A program made the position numbers and the translations under genes. A stretch of DNA of 18,005 bases from Polyangiales bacterium (GTDB taxonomy: Bacteria; Myxococcota_A; Polyangia; Polyangiales; Polyangiaceae): contig JBBRNJ010000123.1 of NCBI GenBank assembly GCA_038230375.1, forward strand, positions 1-18,005, in the 5' to 3' direction. The notes below the pieces were generated by a model that searched no databases, was not told the DNA's origin, and saw only the letters and a program-made list of their open reading frames with translations. Of the stretch, positions 16,303-18,005 are shown one piece after another. Positions within the stretch are counted from its first letter, which is position 1, and the number at the start of each line of letters is the position of its first letter.

Positions 16303-16965
16303 ATGCTCATCGTCCACCATCTGGAGAACTCCCGTTCGCAACGCGTGCTGTGGCTCCTCGAGGAGCTCGCGCTTCCCTACGAGATCAAGCGCTACGAGCG
16401 CGACGCGAAGACGAAGCTGGCGCCAGCGTCGCTCAAGGCGGTGCACCCGCTCGGCAAGTCACCCGCGATCTCGGACGGCGAGCGCGTGGTCGCGGAGACG
16501 GGCGCGATCGTCGACTACGTGATCACGCGCCACGCCGACGGTCGACTCATGCCCGCGGTGGGTACGGACGAGCATCTGCGGTACGTGTACTGGACGCACT
16601 TCGCGGAGGGCTCGCTCATGCCGCCGCTGCTCGCGCGTCTGCTCTTCGCCACCGCAGCCGAGAAGGCGCCGTTCCTGGTGAGGCCGATCTTGAAGGGCGT
16701 CTCGAAGGCGGTGAACAAGGCGTATCTGGGACCGACGATCGAAGCCGCGCTCGATCTCATCGAGGTGGAGCTGGGCAGGAGCGAGTTCCTGGCCGGCAGC
16801 GAGCTCACCGGAGCGGACATCATGATGAGCTTTCCGCTGGAGGCCGCGGGCAGTCGCGGCGGCCTGGGCGAGCGGCCGCGCATCAAGGACTGGCTCGCGC
16901 GCATCCATGCGCGTCCGGCCTTCAAGAAGGCGCTCGAAAAAGGCGGTCCGTACGCGTACGCGTGA
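16303..16965 (+). CDS. Glutathione S-transferase (GTT1-like)
   Basis: VHHLENSRSQRVLWLLEEL, VHPLGKSP, AETGAIVDY, HFAEGSLMP, LTGADIMMSFPLE, RIHARPAF. Confidence 0.95.
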   Translation: MLIVHHLENSRSQRVLWLLEELALPYEIKRYERDAKTKLAPASLKAVHPLGKSPAISDGERVVAETGAIVDYVITRHADGRLMPAVGTDEHLRYVYWTHFAEGSLMPPLLARLLFATAAEKAPFLVRPILKGVSKAVNKAYLGPTIEAALDLIEVELGRSEFLAGSELTGADIMMSFPLEAAGSRGGLGERPRIKDWLARIHARPAFKKALEKGGPYAYA

Positions 16966-16977
16966 TGAGTCGCGATG

Positions 16978-17055
16978 GTCGAGGTCGAAGTCGAGGTCAA
17001 GGTCGAGGTCGAGGTCGAGGTCGAAGTCGAGGTCGAGGTCGTAGTCGAAGTCGTG
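16978..17055. repeat. Degenerate hexamer tandem repeat (GTCGAG)x13
   Basis: 13 GTCnnn units (GTCGAG/GTCGAA/GTCAAG/GTCGTA/GTCGTG) just after the GST stop. Confidence 0.93.
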
Positions 17056-17143
17056 GTTGCCCAACGCTGGACCACTGCACGCACGTCACCCAGATTCCGT
17101 CCGGAGCCCTCGCGCCCGCTGTTCTCGCTCCGATTCCGCCTCG

Positions 17144-17177
17144 AAACACCCCGCGCGGCGGTGTTTTCTTCGCTTTT
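17144..17177 (+). terminator. Putative intrinsic terminator after the methyltransferase-GST unit
   Basis: AAACACC (17144-17150) / GGTGTTT (17160-17166) stem around CCGCGCGG, followed by TCTTCGCTTTT. Confidence 0.55.
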
Positions 17178-17181
17178 GCTC

Positions 17182-17209
17182 TTGCAAAGAAGTCGGCCGC
17201 GACTATTGT
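17182..17209 (+). promoter_or_regulatory. Putative sigma70 promoter for rplV-rpsC
   Basis: TTGCAA (17182-17187), 16-bp spacer, TATTGT (17204-17209), then GC-rich CCGCGTCC discriminator and a T-rich upstream tract; architecture typical of stringently controlled promoters. Confidence 0.65.
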
Positions 17210-17388
17210 CCGCGTCCCCTCACTCCGATCGGCGTGTGGGGCACCGCTTCCGGTTGAGGAAGCAGTGACGTTTGCAAAGCGGCCGTAACGGCGCGCGCGC
17301 ATCGCTGGGAACGCAGCAGCTCATATCGGGCCGCAGCAAGCCTTCCGACCGCACGTACGACGGCGCTCTCTGAAAGGTCTCTGTAATC

Positions 17389-17733
17389 ATGGTCAGCAAG
17401 GCGATTGCCCGCTTCGCGCGTATCAGCGTGCGAAAGGCCCGAGTTGTAGTGGATCTCGTTCGCGGCCGTCAGGCCGGCGAGGCTCTCCAGCTCCTCGAGT
17501 TCACCCAGAAGTCCGGCGCCCCGGTCCTCAAGAAGGTGATCGAGAGCGCGGTCGCGAATGCGCGCACCGTCAGCCCGGGCGTGGACCTCGACTCGCTCTT
17601 CATCGAGACCGCCTTCGTGGACAAGGCGCCCAACAAGCACATGCGCCGCTGGCGCCCGCGGGCCATGGGCCGCGCGACCCGCATTCAAAAGGGCACGAGC
17701 CACATCACCATCGAGCTTGGCTCGCGCCAGTAA
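17389..17733 (+). CDS. rplV: 50S ribosomal protein L22 (uL22)
   Basis: ARISVRKARVVVDLVRG...SAVANA...RWRPRAMGRATRIQKGTSHITI. Confidence 0.98.
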   Translation: MVSKAIARFARISVRKARVVVDLVRGRQAGEALQLLEFTQKSGAPVLKKVIESAVANARTVSPGVDLDSLFIETAFVDKAPNKHMRRWRPRAMGRATRIQKGTSHITIELGSRQ

Positions 17734-17754
17734 TCAGAGGACCAAGAGGAACAC

Positions 17755-18005
17755 ATGGGTCAGAAAGTACATCCGTACGGCTTCCGCCTCGGCGTGATCA
17801 AGACGTGGAACTCGAAGTGGTTCGAGGACAAGAACTACGCAAAGTGGCTCCACGAGGACATCCGCATCAAGCGCGCCGTCAAGGACTACCTGATGAACGC
17901 GAACATCGCGGGCGTCGAGGTCGAGCGCGCCGCGAACAAGGCGAAGGTCATCGTCTTCACCGCGCGCCCCGGCATGGTCATCGGCAAGGGTGGCAAGGGC
18001 ATCGA
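17755..18005 (+). CDS. rpsC: 30S ribosomal protein S3 (uS3), 5' part (truncated by the window)
   Basis: GAGGA RBS, ATG 17755: [23 protein letters not shown]...[28 protein letters not shown]. Confidence 0.98.
   Translation, partial: MGQKVHPYGFRLGVIKTWNSKWFEDKNYAKWLHEDIRIKRAVKDYLMNANIAGVEVERAANKAKVIVFTARPGMVIGKGGKGI

Noticed and set aside
17246..17267. CCGG...AGGAAGCAG as SRP (4.5S) RNA
   Set aside because: Lacks the CAGG.CCGGAAGG GNRA-loop helix-8 motif; it folds as a simple hairpin.
16975..17268. MVEVEVEV... 97-aa ORF
   Set aside because: A by-product of the hexamer repeat that runs through the terminator and promoter; no coding evidence.
2652..17388. Insert as a prophage, ICE or integron cassette array
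   Set aside because: No integrase or phage genes, no att direct repeats or attC sites seen, and gene orientations are mixed.

Overview
GC-rich bacterial window, most likely Myxococcota (Polyangiales-like). That assignment is inferred from the Gly/Asp-linker lipoproteins, the Uma2 gene and the (GTCGAG)n repeat. The window holds a rearranged S10 ribosomal-protein cluster: tuf(3' end)-rpsJ-rplD-rplW-rplB-rpsS with rplC missing, then about 14.7 kb of mixed-orientation accessory genes, then rplV-rpsC restarting behind a candidate promoter and structured leader of their own. The accessory block has five or six lipoproteins (one frameshifted), OsmC, a BchE-like B12 radical SAM enzyme, MAPEG, GNAT, a HEAT/SUKH-like protein, an AmpG-like MFS, a methyltransferase and a GST. 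The most unusual stretch is 11.76-13.15 kb. There a Uma2 (PD-(D/E)XK) nuclease gene is bracketed by two inverted copies (37/40 identical) of a self-palindromic 40-bp element. The bracket also contains the C-terminal third of a cas2 gene and is followed by a CRISPR-leader-like inverted repeat, but there is no array. This could be a nuclease-associated repeat/mobile element sitting in the scar of a lost CRISPR-Cas locus. All family calls come from motif recognition by eye; no searches were run.
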